From Blastocladiella emersonii ATCC 22665 (taxonomy: Eukaryota; Fungi; Blastocladiomycota), in the NCBI GenBank assembly GCA_025594325.1, contig JANHCV010000001.1:4588001-4652000 (forward strand): a stretch of DNA of 64,000 bases, in the 5' to 3' direction. The notes beneath the pieces were generated by a model. It did no database searches and was not told the origin of the DNA. It saw only the letters and a list, made by a program, of their open reading frames with translations. Of this stretch, positions 1-12,136 are shown one piece after another. Positions within the stretch are counted from its first letter, which is position 1. Every line of letters begins with the position of its first letter. Made by a program: the position numbers and the translations under genes.

Positions 1-384
1 GGTCCCGCCGCCGCCGTCGTCGAACGCGGCCCGCTCGAGCTCCCGCCCATTGCCGCCATCGACCACCCGCTCCCGCCGCTCCGCGAGCCGTCGGTCGGCC
101 CGTCGTCGTACTCGCGCCGCGGGAGTCTCAGCCTCAGCGACGTCCCCGCCTCGCAGGGGTTCACGCTGCCGCCGATCCGCACCACGTTCGGTGCCGCTGC
201 GGAGCCCGGTCCAGCGTCTGCCGGCGGCGGCGCGAGCGTGGGCCCAAGCCCGTTTGTCGCGAACGACGCGCGGCGTGCGTCGTTGCCGCCGATCCAGCAG
301 CAGGTTCCGCCGCCGCAGCCGCTGCCTCCTGCGCAGGAACAGCAGACGCAGCAGCAGCCGCAGCAGCAGCCGTCGTCGTCGTGA
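1..384 (+). CDS. 3' end of a gene entering from the left edge; low-complexity P/Q/S-rich C-terminus
   Basis: Frame 1 is open from base 1 to TGA at 382-384 with GC3-biased codons: GPAAAVVERGPLELPPIAAIDHPLPPLREP...FTLPPIRTT...SLPPIQQQVPPPQP...QQQPSSS*. Absent from the ORF track because no start codon lies in the window. Confidence 0.6.
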   Translation, partial: GPAAAVVERGPLELPPIAAIDHPLPPLREPSVGPSSYSRRGSLSLSDVPASQGFTLPPIRTTFGAAAEPGPASAGGGASVGPSPFVANDARRASLPPIQQQVPPPQPLPPAQEQQTQQQPQQQPSSS

Positions 385-749
385 ATCGCGTCTCCCTCGT
401 TTTGAATACATTCGTCAACACCATTCTTCATCAACAGACTTGCGCTGCGCGACGCCCCCGATAGTCTAGTGCTGTAAGGGAACTCGGGCGTCGCGAAGGA
501 CTGCGAGACCAGGGGAGCGCAGAAAGAAGCAGCAAAGGCAACGTGCCACAGGGATCGGCGGGTCATGTGAGTAGCTGAACGCGTCGGCTCAAGCCCCTCG
601 ATTCTCCGGCACGGGTCCTCCACTTGGGATATGCAAAGTGCTTCGTATAGTAGTTTTCAAAAGAAGAGCCTCGCCAGGAGGGCACAATGGGGGGGGGGGA
701 TCGTGAACAAAAAGGGGTCAAAATGGAGTTGGAGGGACGCGCGGACGCA

Positions 750-2028
750 TTACACGATGTTGATACGGATGCAGTCGTCCTGGGCACCGCGGCGGGCGAC
801 GGGCATGATCACAGGCTGATGGCCGCGGGTCCCGGTCATGGTGCAGAGGCGGTACAGGCCGGGCTGCGACACTGCGTCTGCCGGGATAGTCGTAGTAAGG
901 ATGCCGTTCGTGTCCTCTTGGTCGAGCCCCTTAAAAAAGGCCAGGGAATCCGAACGAGCGTCCGGAGGCGTCTGTGCGTTACCGAGACGCTGCACCGTGA
1001 CGTGCTGGTGGCCCTCGACCTGGCCGCGCGAGTTGAGCGTCTGCGGCGACACGTAGTACCGCTCGTTCGGGTTCTCGAAGAAGCCCGCGTCGAGCCCGCG
1101 CGTGCGGATCGCGAAGTTGATGGCCTTGTTGCGCGGCATGCGCGCGCCGTTCTGCGGCGCCAGGATGATGGTCGACACCATGTTCTCGAACGACGGGATC
1201 GCGCCCTGCACCGTGCGCGAGCACGTCACCGTCTTCTTCTGCGTGCCGTCGGCGACCGCGCGGCCGAGACCGACCTGGTTGCAGAACTGCGCGTTGTTGC
1301 TCAGGCCACGGATCGGCGCGCTGCCGGCAGCGTCGCCGCCCTTGTTGGCCCCGGCGTTGTTGTTGCCGCCGCCGACCTGCTTGCGGCCGCCGTTCGCGTT
1401 CTTCTTGGCCGCGCCGCCGCCGGCAGCACCGCCGCGCTGGCGCTGGGCCCCACCGGTCGCGCCGCCAGCAGCGCCACCACGTTGAGCTCCACCGCGCTGC
1501 GCGCCCGTTGCGCCGCCACGCTGAGTGCCGCCGGTCGCCCCACCGCGCTGTGTGCCCGTCGCGCCACCGCGCTGAGCGCCACCGCGCTGAGCACCACCAC
1601 GCTGAGCACCGGTACCCGTCCGACGGTTTTGCTGCTACAGAAGGGGTGACGAAATCCGGGGGTCAGGGACGCGTGTTTCATGTGGTGATGGGAGCCACTG
1701 ATCGGCGTGGCGCAGCAGCCATGGGCGTGGCGCGGCGCGAGAGGGGCAAACCATGAGGCGCCCACAGCCACGCGGGCGACCACACGAGCAAGCCACTACG
1801 GGCCGGGGCTGGCTCGCTGGCGGATCAATGACGAAGCGAAGAGAGAAATCGTACCCGACGAACGAGGTGTGCGAGCTCGAGGGGAGCGGCCGCCGACGAC
1901 AGGTCGAGGTCGCGCGCGGCGAGCTCGGGCGATGAATCCACCGACGACGCGACGGCCATGGACTCGGGCTGGGTCATGGACGCCACCAGGGCGAGGAAGA
2001 CCACAAGAAGAGGGAACGAGGCGTGCAT
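750..2028 (-). CDS. Secreted protein: signal peptide, QRGGA-repeat linker and conserved fungal C-terminal domain (family often mislabelled 'ribosomal protein s17')
   Basis: Exon 1 (2028-1855) encodes MHASFPLLVVFLALVAS... ending in RR. Intron 1854-1635 (GTACG...CTGTAG), phase 0. Exon 2 (1634-750) is in frame with the 750..1229 ORF. The C-terminal domain has family motifs C..IPS..NMVS.II, G.F.N....YY..PQ.LN..G...GH.HV, AFFKG, G.YR.C and HQPV..PVA.RGA.DDC. Confidence 0.8.
1420..1610 (-). repeat. Coding tandem repeats QRGGA(TG)
   Basis: About 8 copies of CAGCGYGGYGGNGCN-like units on the minus strand, translating to GAQRGGAQRGGAQRGGATGTQRGGATGGTQRGGATGAQRGGAQRGGA. Confidence 0.85.
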
Positions 2029-3054
2029 GTTGATGATGGGTTGCGTCTTGTAGTCGATGAAGGGGAGGGGGAGGGTGGGGTCACGGCGAGACGTGATGGA
2101 CGGTTGTTGATGTTGACGATGGAGGTTTTCGTTCTAGCGTGTAGGGCAGGCGATGCCAGGAGCGTGTTGAGGGCGGCGTCGATGCTGATGATGGGGCAGT
2201 TGATCGCGCAGCGATACAAGTGCAAGGGGGAAGAGTCGACCAGCGAGGAGTGCAGAGTTTGGCGGCGAGCAAGGGAGCGGGGGCCGCCCGCCTTTTGAGC
2301 AGTGAGCTGGGTCGACCTGCCCATTGTTGAGACGACAGGGACGGGCTTGCCCACGCTCCTTCCCCGCCACATCGTCGTCGCAGCCCGGCTTCAAGGACTC
2401 TCTGAACGAACTCATTGCCGACACCATGCGGCACTGAGTCCTCGAGGTGGGGCCCCGGGAAGAGCCGGCCCACGAGTGCTCATGAGCGCGCACGCATGGT
2501 CGCAGGCGACGAGTGGGTGATAGTGCGAGACATCACGGGTCCCAGCGACGCGTCGCGGTCACGACCCTCGCGCGAGACGCGTCGCGCCGCGCGACACGCC
2601 GGTCGGCGATCCCTGCGGCCCGTCCCCATCCAAGGCGCTTCTCGAATGCAACCCTGCCTCAGCTCCCACCTCCACCGCATGCAACGCGAATGAATCCATG
2701 CACCTGTGCGCGAGGACCTAAAATCACAGGTACGCGACTCACACGTCAGCCGCGGTCCCTGGCCAGGCGCCATGGAGATGTTTCGCCCGCGGCCTTGTTC
2801 GCTTCTACCCCCCGCAGCGCACTTGAAACATCTCGACAGCAGCCCGTTGATCCTTGCAAGCCCAACATCTAGTTCCGTAATCCGTAACTCCCCCGCAGGC
2901 TGCTGCGCCGTTGCAACACACCGAGCTCTACCTCGTGGTACGCTTTGACGCTCGGCCCGACCGTCGCCAAGCACGACGCGATCCATTGACGGCCGCAACT
3001 ATAGCCGCCCTCGTCCCTTGTTCACCATCGGCACCGGCCGTGATAGCTGCTGCC

Positions 3055-6000
3055 ATGTCGATCGCCAGTGTTTCACCCGCGTACGTCGCATCGCTCGAGA
3101 TCTCAAACGCGACGCGTCTCACTCTCCCTCCGCGTCCTTCCATCTAGCGTCGTGTTCGGCGTCCGAGCCGCGGCTCGCGACCCGTTCCAGTTCATGGACG
3201 AGCAGTCGCTCGTGTACATTGCGGGCGGCAACATCGTCGGTACGCTGGCCGCTTGATCGCGCCGACGCGTTATTTCTCGCTGACCCGACCGCTTCAGTAT
3301 ACTCGCCGTCGACCAAGTCGCAGAAATTCGTGCCCTCGTCGACGCGCGATGCCGCGATCACGGCCCTGTCCATCACGCGCGAGCGGCACTACATGGCCGT
3401 CGGCGAGCGCGTCCCCGCGCGCGCGCAAGCGGGATCGCCCAGCGCGGCCCAGCCCAGTGCGACGTCCGGCGCATCGCCGAACGCGTCCATGAGCGCCGGC
3501 CAGCAGCAGGGCACTCGCGCGACCGGCGCTCCGACGAGCCCGGGCAAGTCGCGCGACCACGCTATCACGTACCAGAGCGCGATGCGGCCCGTCGTCCACA
3601 TCTACGGCATGCCGACGTTCCGCAAGCGAAAAACGCTCTCGCTCGAGGAGGTGTTCCACCACACGGATCGGCGGCTCAAAGTACACGAGATCACTCTCGC
3701 GGTGGTCGACAAACTCGCGAACTGACCCAACATTTTGTAGGACGTGGTCGCCATCTCATTCAGCTCCGACTCCAAGAACGTGGCCATCATCACGGCCGAC
3801 CTGTCGCTCTCGTACTGGGCGTGGGAGAAGGCGCGCTCGCTCGGCGCCATGGTCGTTCCGCCGCCGGCCCAGCACCACCATCCACCACTGCAACACGGCG
3901 GCCCGCCTGTCTCACCCGCTTCGCCATCCACGCCTCGCCCCGCGCCACCAGAAACGGGCCCGCCGTCCATGAACCGCCGGTCGAGCAACATGCTCCGCAC
4001 GCTGTTCCCGACCAACACGCACGGCGGCGGCCACCACGGCCAGGGCGGGAACCACGGCGGCGGCCACGGGATCCCGCCGAGTCTCGTCTCGACGCTTGGT
4101 CTCGCCGTCAACCCGAACGACGAGGAGCAGATCGCCGTGCACGCGGCGGGCATGCTCCGCATCATTCGCAGCGTCGACGGCGTGCTCAAGCCGTGGGTCT
4201 TCAACATGCCCGTCCAGGAACACGTACGTGATATCTGCTGGATATCGACTTGACCCGGCTCACAATTCCGCTCACCATGTAGGAGGTCTGCTCGTTTGCG
4301 TGGGTCAGTGCGGCGCGCTTCGTCATCGGCGCTCGCGGCGCGCTGCTCGTCATGGAGAACGGCAACTTCAAGTCGGCGTACATCCTCGAGCCGCCCATCA
4401 TCCCGCTGACGGCTGGTCTCGCGCCACCAACGGACGCCGGCCACGCACCGGCAAACGGCGGCAGCAGCAGCGGCGAGGCCTCGTCGATGCCCATGTCGAA
4501 CGTGTCCAGCGGCGCGTCGTCCAACCTCCCCGCAGAACTGCCGCTCATCGGCGGGCTGCCGCATCAGCTAAATCATCAAGCCGTCGTCGCCGGGCACTCG
4601 GCGCCCGCCTCGCCCGCGCCCGCGGGCCCCGTGACGGGGTACGCGCCCGTGGACGCCATGACCATGTCGACGCGGCTCCTCGTGGTCGCGTGCCGCGGCA
4701 TGATCTACGTGTACGAGCGCAACCACCGCGACCACGCCGAGCTGTTCAAGCTCGTTTGCAAGTCGCCCGTCACCTGCGCCGTCGCCGCGTCCGGCGGCAG
4801 CGGGGCGGGTCAAGGGCCGGGCGGCGGATTCGGGCTCGGGCCGGCGGCGGGACCGGCGGGGAGCGGACACGTCGACCTGCGGTTCCGCTCGCTCATCCTC
4901 AGCGCGTCCGAGGAGTCGCTGCTCGCGGTCACGGACGACGCGACGTGTTACATGCTTCACGTCTCGGTCATTGACCTCGCGCGGGTACGCTCCACCTCGA
5001 TGTCCCGAAATCGCGCCAACTCATGACCCGCGCCGTGTGTCTAGGGCGACGCGCTACGCTCGAGCCTCGCGATCCCGTCGTTCCACCAGGGCCCGATCAC
5101 CGGCATGGACACGTGCGTTCGGAAACCGTTCGTCGTGACGTGCTCGACGGACAAGAGCATCCGGGTGTGGAACTTCTCAACCTTCACGTGCGAGCTGACC
5201 AAGTTCTACCCGGAGGAACCGACGTGCGTCTCGATCCACCCGTCGGGGTACTACATCCTGGCCGGGTTCCCGGACAAGCTGCGTCTCATGACGCTGCTGC
5301 CCGACGACCTGCGCGTGGTGCGCGAGTTCCCGGTGCGCGGGTGCCGCGAGTGCATGTTCGCGCGCGGCGGGCACCAGTTCGCGGCGGTCCAGGGGTCGGC
5401 CATCAGCATCTACAACGTGTGGACGTTCGACCTCATCACCACGCTCAAGGCCCACAACGGCCGCATCCGGTCGCTGTACTGGACCCGCGGCACGTCCAAC
5501 GCCGCCGTCGGGTACTCGAGCGGGCCTGGGTTCGTTGACCTCGACGACGCGCGGCTCGTGTCGTGCGGCGCCGACGGCGCCGTCTACACGTGGGTCCTGC
5601 GCGACAGCGTATCCGCGGCCGCCGCGGCTGCGCGCAAGTCGGCGGCGGCGGCCGCGGCTGCTGCCTCGGCGTCCACGGACGCGTCGGGTGCGGACGACGG
5701 CCCCGGATCCGCGTCGCCGAGCAAACGCAACTCGCTCGCGGCGGGTGCGGCCGGGCTCAACAGCAGCGGTGGCGCGGCGGGGCTCGCGGACCAGCGCGGC
5801 AGCTTCTCGGCCGCCAACGGCAACGGCAACGGCGGGAGTAAGTCGCCGACGTCGACCGCGGCCGTCGGCAGCGTGCTCGCGAAGCGCGTCAACGAGTACA
5901 TTCTCAAGGGCGTGTCCTTCAGCGCGGCCGTCGACGTGGCCGGGACCACCTTCGCCGTGGGCTCGGACCGGACGCTGCGGTCCATCACCGACTCGCTGCT

Positions 6001-8006
6001 GCTGCGCGAGCTGCGCTGCCCGGTGCTCGACCTGACGCAGATCGCGGTGTCGCAGAGCGGGCGCATGATGTTCGTAGCGACGGGCGTCGGGACCATCAAG
6101 GCGGTGCGGTGCCCGTTCCCGAACGACCAGTGGGACCTCGACTCCGAGGACCTGGTCCAGGAGCACGCGGCGCACGCGTCGCCCGTGGTCCGCATGCGCG
6201 TCACGTTCGACGACCGGTACCTGGTGTCGGCGGCCGAGGACGCGTGCGTCATGGTGTGCCGGATCTCGGACCGCGACTCGGCGCCGAACCCGCGCGCCGC
6301 GCTCGCCGCCATGGCCGAGGTGCCCGCGTCGCGGTCCGCGTCCCCGAACGGCGACCGCGAGGGGGATAGCGGGCCCGCATACCAGCAGCAGACGCCGGCC
6401 GCGGCGGCGGCGGCGGCGGCCGCAAACCGGGCGTCGGCCATGGAGGTCATGTACGCGGACGAGGTGATCGTGACGAAGAGCGACCTCGAGGAGAAGACGG
6501 CGGCGATCAACGAGATGCGGACGCGGCTCGAGGAGCTCAAGATCGAGCAGGACTACCAGCTGCGGCTCAAGGACATGTACCTGCAGGACAAGCTCAAGGA
6601 GCTGACCAACGACCTGACCAAGGTGATCGAGTCGCTCAAGATCAGCTCGGTCGTGCAGCGCAGCGAGAAGGAGAAGGAGGAGGCCAAGCACAAGGACGAC
6701 TTCCAGCTGCTGCTGACGCGCAACACGCGCGCGCTGCGCGACCTCGAGAACCGCAACAACCAGCAGCTCATGGTCGAGTACGAAAAGTTCCAGGCCCTGC
6801 AGGAGGAGATGCGCGCGCGCCAGGCGCACTGGGAGGAGCGGCACCGCGCCTTCGAGGCCGACCGCGTCGCGCAGATGCAGATCCTCACGGCGCACTACGA
6901 CGACCTGCTGCACGCCAAGGCCGACGACCTGCTCAAGCTGCACGAGATGATGGAGTCGCAGCTGCGCGAGTTCACCGAGCACCAGCGCCAGCAGAACGAG
7001 GACATCGAGTCCGAGGTCGCCCTGCAGGAGGCGCGGTACGAGCACGCGCTCAAGGCCGAGCGCGAGATCTCGTTCCGGCTCAAGGGCGAGAACGGGATCA
7101 TGAAAAAGAAGTTCCTGACGCTCAACAAGGAGATCGAGGACAACAAGGTCGAGATGGCCAAGCTGTGCGAGAACGCGAACCGGCTGCGCAAGGTGATGCT
7201 GGCCCTCGAGCGCGAGGTGGACGGGCTCAAGAGCGAGATGGTCGAGCGCGACAAGGTGATCCAGGAGCAGGAGCGCCGCGTGTACGAGCTCAAGAAGAGC
7301 AACCAGGAGCTCGAAAAGTACAAGTTTGTCCTCGACCACAAGATCAAGGACCTCAAGAAGCAGATCGAGCCGCGCGAGCAGAAGATCGACGACATGAAGG
7401 ACGCCATCATCGCCGCCAACCAGGCCCTCACGGAGCAGCGCCGCCACGAGCTCGCCGTGCTCAAGTCCGAGCAGGAGCTGCGCGACGCCCTCGTCAAGGC
7501 CAACGACGAGTCGGCCGGCCACCACCGCCGCGCCCAGGCCCTGCACCACATGCTCAAGCAGTGCCAGACGGACGTGACCCAGGTCGTCAGCTACATCCAG
7601 GACCCGGCAGTCCTGCGCCGCGCCGTGCAGAACCTGCACGCCAAGTACTGCGCCAACATGCCTCCCGCGGAACGGCCGGTCCCGACCGAGGGTGACGGCG
7701 AGCTCAAGCGGCAGGAGGCGGCGCTGCGCAAGACGATCCGCGAGCTCAAGTCGCTGCTCGAGTCGCAGGCGTCCGAGTTCCGCGTCGAGCACTTTGTCCA
7801 CGTCCAGGAGAACAAGGCGCTGATCTCGGAGATTCGGAGGTTGCGGCAGCAGCGGGGTACGTGTTGGTTCGCGTGGGGGCGAGCGTGGGCGAGAGCACTG
7901 ACGCGTCGCGCGCGTGCGTGTAGAGTCGCTGCCGATGCTGCGAACCGGCATGAACTTGACGGCGACGAGCTCCACGTCGCTGGCGTCGACGCAGAGCTTG
8001 GTGTGA
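3055..8006 (+). CDS. CFAP57: Cilia- and flagella-associated protein 57 (WDR65): WD40 propellers plus long coiled coil; multi-exon
   Basis: The spliced N-terminus MSIASVSPAVVFGVR...FMDEQSLVYIAGGNIVVYSPSTKSQKF resembles the CFAP57 start. MDTCVRKPFVVTCSTDKSIRVWN, SIHPSG.YILAGFPDKLRLM, LKGENGIMKKKF and ELEKYKFVLDHKIKDLKKQIEPRE are characteristic. The last intron 7857-7923 leads to TGA at 8004-8006. Confidence 0.92.
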
Positions 8007-8082
8007 GCTGAGACCCCCATTAGATGCACAGAACACAATCCCTATTGCACTTTTCAAAACGCGACGCGTTTCCCTTCCTAGT

Positions 8083-8883
8083 TCACAGCTTGGCCTTCTG
8101 GTGGACCCACGACGGGTCCCGGCGGGCAGCGAACGCGGTGATCCCCTCGGCCGCCTCCTCGGACTGCATCATGGCGGCGAATACGCCCTGGACGTAGTCG
8201 CTGACGGCCGCATCGAGGTGCGGTGCGCGGCCGACGCGGTCGACGAGCGCCTTGACGTTGCTCAGCGCCTGCGGGCCGCCGCGCACCAGCGCGCCGCACA
8301 GCCGCGTCGCCTCGGCTTCGAGGTCGCCAGGCGACGCGACGACGGTCGCGACTACGCCGGCGGCAGCGAGCTCGGCCATGGGGATCCGCTCGCCGGTCAT
8401 CATGTACCGGCGCGCGCGCGCCGATCCGAGGGCGGGGACGACCATCTGGCTGATGAGCGCGGGTGCGATGCCGCGGTGCACCTCGGGGAACGACCACCAC
8501 GCGCCGCTGACGGCGACGCGCATGTCGCAGGCGAGCGCGAGGCCGATCCCGCCGCCCATGGCGGGGCCCTGGAGCAGCGCGATGGTCGGCAGCGGGCAGT
8601 CGCGGACCACGGCAAAGACGTTGTCGCTCAGGCTGCTGCTGCCGCCCGACGATGGGAGCGCGGACGGGTCCAGACGCATCCCCGTGCAAAAGTACTTGCC
8701 GCGCGCGGCGAGGACGAGCACGCGGATGCTCGCGTCAGCCTGGGCGCGGCGCACGGCGGCAACGAGGGCCTGGAGAAGCGCTGCAGAAAGGCTGTTGCCC
8801 GTGCGCGGCTCGTTGAGCGCCAGGACGCGGAAGCGCGGGTCGCCGCCCAGATCGTTCTCGAGGACCGGCGCGGAGTCGTTCAT
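8083..8883 (-). CDS. Enoyl-CoA hydratase/isomerase (crotonase) family protein, LiuC/methylglutaconyl-CoA hydratase-like, with C-terminal PTS1 (AKL)
   Basis: Intronless ORF with LNEP..GNSLS, GKYFCTGM.L, GPAMGGGIGLALACD.R, FPEV.RG..PA and EAAEGITAF..RR.P.W. Ends QKAKL*. ATG placed at 8883. Confidence 0.88.
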   Translation of the reverse strand: MNDSAPVLENDLGGDPRFRVLALNEPRTGNSLSAALLQALVAAVRRAQADASIRVLVLAARGKYFCTGMRLDPSALPSSGGSSSLSDNVFAVVRDCPLPTIALLQGPAMGGGIGLALACDMRVAVSGAWWSFPEVHRGIAPALISQMVVPALGSARARRYMMTGERIPMAELAAAGVVATVVASPGDLEAEATRLCGALVRGGPQALSNVKALVDRVGRAPHLDAAVSDYVQGVFAAMMQSEEAAEGITAFAARRDPSWVHQKAKL

Positions 8884-9065
8884 TAGCTTTGTCGTGAGTG
8901 ATTCGTGCAAGAGAGGTTACAGAGGGAGAGAGGAAGTGCGCGGCCAAAGCCGACCAAGTCGGCTGTCTGCTCTCGCTGCCGATCCTTTACGGCATTCCAT
9001 GTAACTACGCCCGCTCGTGGCGCCCACTCGACGCACCGACTTGCCGCAACAGCCGTTTGGAGACG

Positions 9066-10359
9066 ATGGGCATCGACGAGGACTTTTCCAAGAACACGCC
9101 GGGCGAGGTGAACGTGCCCGAGACCCCGCCGCTGAGCGCGCAGCTGCTCGAGTCGTACAAGCCGGCGCGGCTGTGCCAGGAGAACACGAAGCGCATCACG
9201 TCGCTGCACTTTGACGACTCGGGCCAGTACCTGGTGACGGCGTCCGAGGACGACTCGATCCGCATCTACGACTGCAACACGGCGACGCACCAGCGCGTGT
9301 CCTTTTCCAAGAAGTACGGGTGCCACCTCGCCCGCTTCACGCACGACGGGCCGACCAAGGTCCTGTACGCGTCGACCAAGGAGTCGGGCGAGCGCGCCGA
9401 CGCCGATGTGATCCGCTACCTCGACACCCCGACCAACCAGTACATCCGCTACTACAAGGGCCACAAGCACAGCGTCACGTCGCTCGAGGTCTCGCCCGTC
9501 GACGACCTCGTCGTCTCGGCCTCGCTCGACGGCACCGTGCGCCTGTGGGACACGCGCTCGCCCAACTGCCAGGGGTGCATCACGCTCGGCACCAGCCAGC
9601 GCGCCGTCGCCGGCATCGACTCGACCGGCCGCGTCATGGCCGTCGTCACCTACAACACGGCCGATCCCAAGGAGCTCCCGTACGTGCGGCTATTCGACGC
9701 ACGCAACATCGACACGGGCGCCTTCGCCACCCAGCCGCTGCTCGACCCGACCGCCACCTACACGCCCAACGGCCGCGTGCCCGCCATCCCGCCGCTGTCG
9801 GGCGTCAAGTTCAGCCCCGACGGGAAGAAGATCCTCGTCACGACCACGGGCGACGCGCATTTCGTTGTCGACTCGTACGACCCGGAGCGGACGTACTGCA
9901 AGGTCGGCCAGCAGTCGGCGCCCGACGCCGCCGGTGGCAACAACAGCAGCAGCAACGGGAACGGCGGCGGGCCAGCAAGCAGCGGGCCGAGCTTGACGGA
10001 CGTGTGGGTCGGCGGCGAGGCCGATTTCGCGCCCGACTCGGCGCACGTCGTCGTCGCGAACGCGGCCGAGGGCGGCACCATTGGCGTGTACCAGATCCCC
10101 GCCGTGCCCGCGGCGGTAACCGTGCCCGGCGTGCCCGAACCGCTCGGGTCCGCGTCCACCGGCCAGCTCGTGTGCCAGCTCGACTACGTCGCGCCAACGC
10201 CCGTGCACCGCGTCGCTTTCAACCACCGGCTCAACACGATGGTGTCGAGCTCACACTCGGCGCTGGTACGGTCATCCCGCTCGCGGTGCGAAATCGGCCT
10301 CCCTTCACTCACTCGTCGTCCTCGCCACCATGTAGTGCTTTTGGATTCCAGAAAACTAA
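9066..10359 (+). CDS. SWD2: WD40 protein Swd2/WDR82 (COMPASS/Set1C and CPF subunit)
   Basis: ITSLHFDDSGQYLVTASEDDSIRIYDC, SKKYGCHLARFTH, IRYLDT..NQYIRYYKGH...VTSLEVSP.DD..VSASLDGTVRLWD.RSPNCQG. Terminal intron 10266-10335 gives ...ALCFWIPEN*. Confidence 0.92.
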
Positions 10360-10410
10360 GCGTGTTCTTTGCGGCATACAATACACACGGGGGAGAAGTA
10401 TACACCATCG

Positions 10411-12136
10411 TCACTCCGCGCCACCCTCGACCCAGGCAAACGCGAAATCCGCTACGAGCGAGAGATGGTCGCTGCCCTCCTCGTCGTTCGGCATCGGCCG
10501 CGCGCGGCTCACCCGCGGGAGCTCGAGGACCTGCGTCGGGACCAGCTCCCAGTGCGGCACGGCCGCCGTCGCCGCGGCAGCGGGAACCCAGTCGTTGCCT
10601 ATACTCGCGGCCGCGGCATCGCCCATGGCGCGCTTTCGTATCACGCTCTGCTTGGGCGTGCGGCCCGGCGGGAACGGCGGCCGCGAGCCCGGTTCGTCGC
10701 CGAGCGTCTCGTGCCACGTCGCGGGGACCCAGCGCGACGCGTGGGCCGAGCGCGGCGGACCTTCGACCTCTGCGACCGAGGGTCCGTTGACCGGCACGGT
10801 GCCGAACGTGATGAAGTCCACGAGATCCCGGGTGCGCGGGTGCACGCTCGACACGCGGTCGACGAGCATCGCGTCGGGGTACGCGGACGCGAGGTCGAGC
10901 GGGTGCGTGAGGAACCGCGGCACCTGCCAGCCCTTGACGTCGGCCTTCTGCGCCGTCAGCGCCGGGGTGAGCGCCGGCGGGTGGCCGAATATGTCCGCGT
11001 AGCTGCCGGCGTTGGGCCGCCCCGCGGCCTGCCCCGACAGGAGCTCCTCGGGCGCGGACAGGTCGACCTGCCCCGTCGTCAGCAGCTGCAGCGTCGCCGA
11101 GTTGAGCGCACTGTTCATGTCGCCGCACACGACGACGGGCGGCGGCGCGAGGGGCGGGGTGTCGGGTGTGGCGGGGGAGGATAGGTCCGCGGCGACGCTC
11201 GCGACCGCGGCGAGCAGCTTGTGGATCTGGCCCAACTTGATGGTCCCGCGCTTCGGGTTGAACAGCAGGTGCGTGTTGGCGACGATCAGGCTGCGCGGCG
11301 GGCGGGCCGGGTCCGCGTCGGAACTAACCTCGGTCAGCGGCACGACGAGGCCGACGTTGTCGCGGTCCAGGAACGCGTTGGTTTGGTACGGCACCTCGCG
11401 GACCGGCAGCGCGGTCGTCCACCGGCCCGCCAGCCAGAAGGTCGCGACGCCGTCCTGATGCGCGTCGCTGCTCTGCGTGCGTCGGACGTAGTGGCCTACA
11501 CGATGATCGGGTTCGACGTGAGCGGGCGGGTCTTCTGCAGTAGACTCGTAAGCGCGCTGTACCCTGGTACCCGAGCCGCTCGAGCACGGGCTGGATGTCG
11601 GACTTGAGATGCTCGTGGTGCACCTCCTGGAGACACACGACGTCGGGTCGGTTCTCTACAAGTTGCGCTCATATGAGCCCGCGCCTTTGTCTCCCGCGTC
11701 GACCCGCCGTACCGCTAATGTGCGCCAAGATCTTAGGTGCGCGGTACCGCCACTGGAGCACGCTCTCGGGGAGGCGGCCGTACAGGTACCGGTTCTTGTA
11801 CAGGAGGTTATCGGCGAGGATGTTGTAGCACATGATGCGGACCGGCGGCGCCGGGTCCTGCTCGGCGGCCGCCGCGAGCGCCGCGTCGTGTGGCGGCGGG
11901 ACCGCCCGCCACTGGCGAGACGTGGGCGTGCCGCTGCCGCTACCGCCGTCATTGCTGCCGCCGTGGATCGACGGACGCGACCGGCGGCGGCGCGGCGTCG
12001 ACCACCCCGAGCTGCTCGCGGGCGACGTCGGGTCGCTCCCGTCAAGGTGGCCCGAGCCGAGTTCCGATGCACTGAGTGTTGATGACATGGTGTCGCGATT
12101 CATGAAGTGACCGTCGTCGCGGAGGAGCACGGGCAT
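10411..12136 (-). CDS. EEP-family phosphatase/nuclease of the CCR4/Angel clade (Angel/Ngl-like); multi-exon
   Basis: RIMCYNILA..L...RYLY, CLQEV, VANTHLLFNPKRG.IKLGQ (Angel-type), VVCGDMNS, VDFI.F and GSDHLSL.A.F motifs spread over spliced exons. Internal exon boundaries not fully resolved. Confidence 0.85.

Noticed and set aside
5177-8038. 953-aa antisense ORF opposite CFAP57, and similar long antisense or alternate-frame ORFs (20928..23036, 24798..26384, 31805..33145, 47700..49295, 49129..51078, 54336..56087)
   Set aside because: Shadow ORFs caused by extreme GC3 bias on the coding strand. The translations are V/L/R/G/A-rich mirror sequences with no family motifs.
9066-10359. Functional link between SWD2/WDR82 (a CTD reader) and the CTD-mimic gene in the same window
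   Set aside because: About 50 kb apart with many unrelated genes between them; proximity is most likely coincidental.
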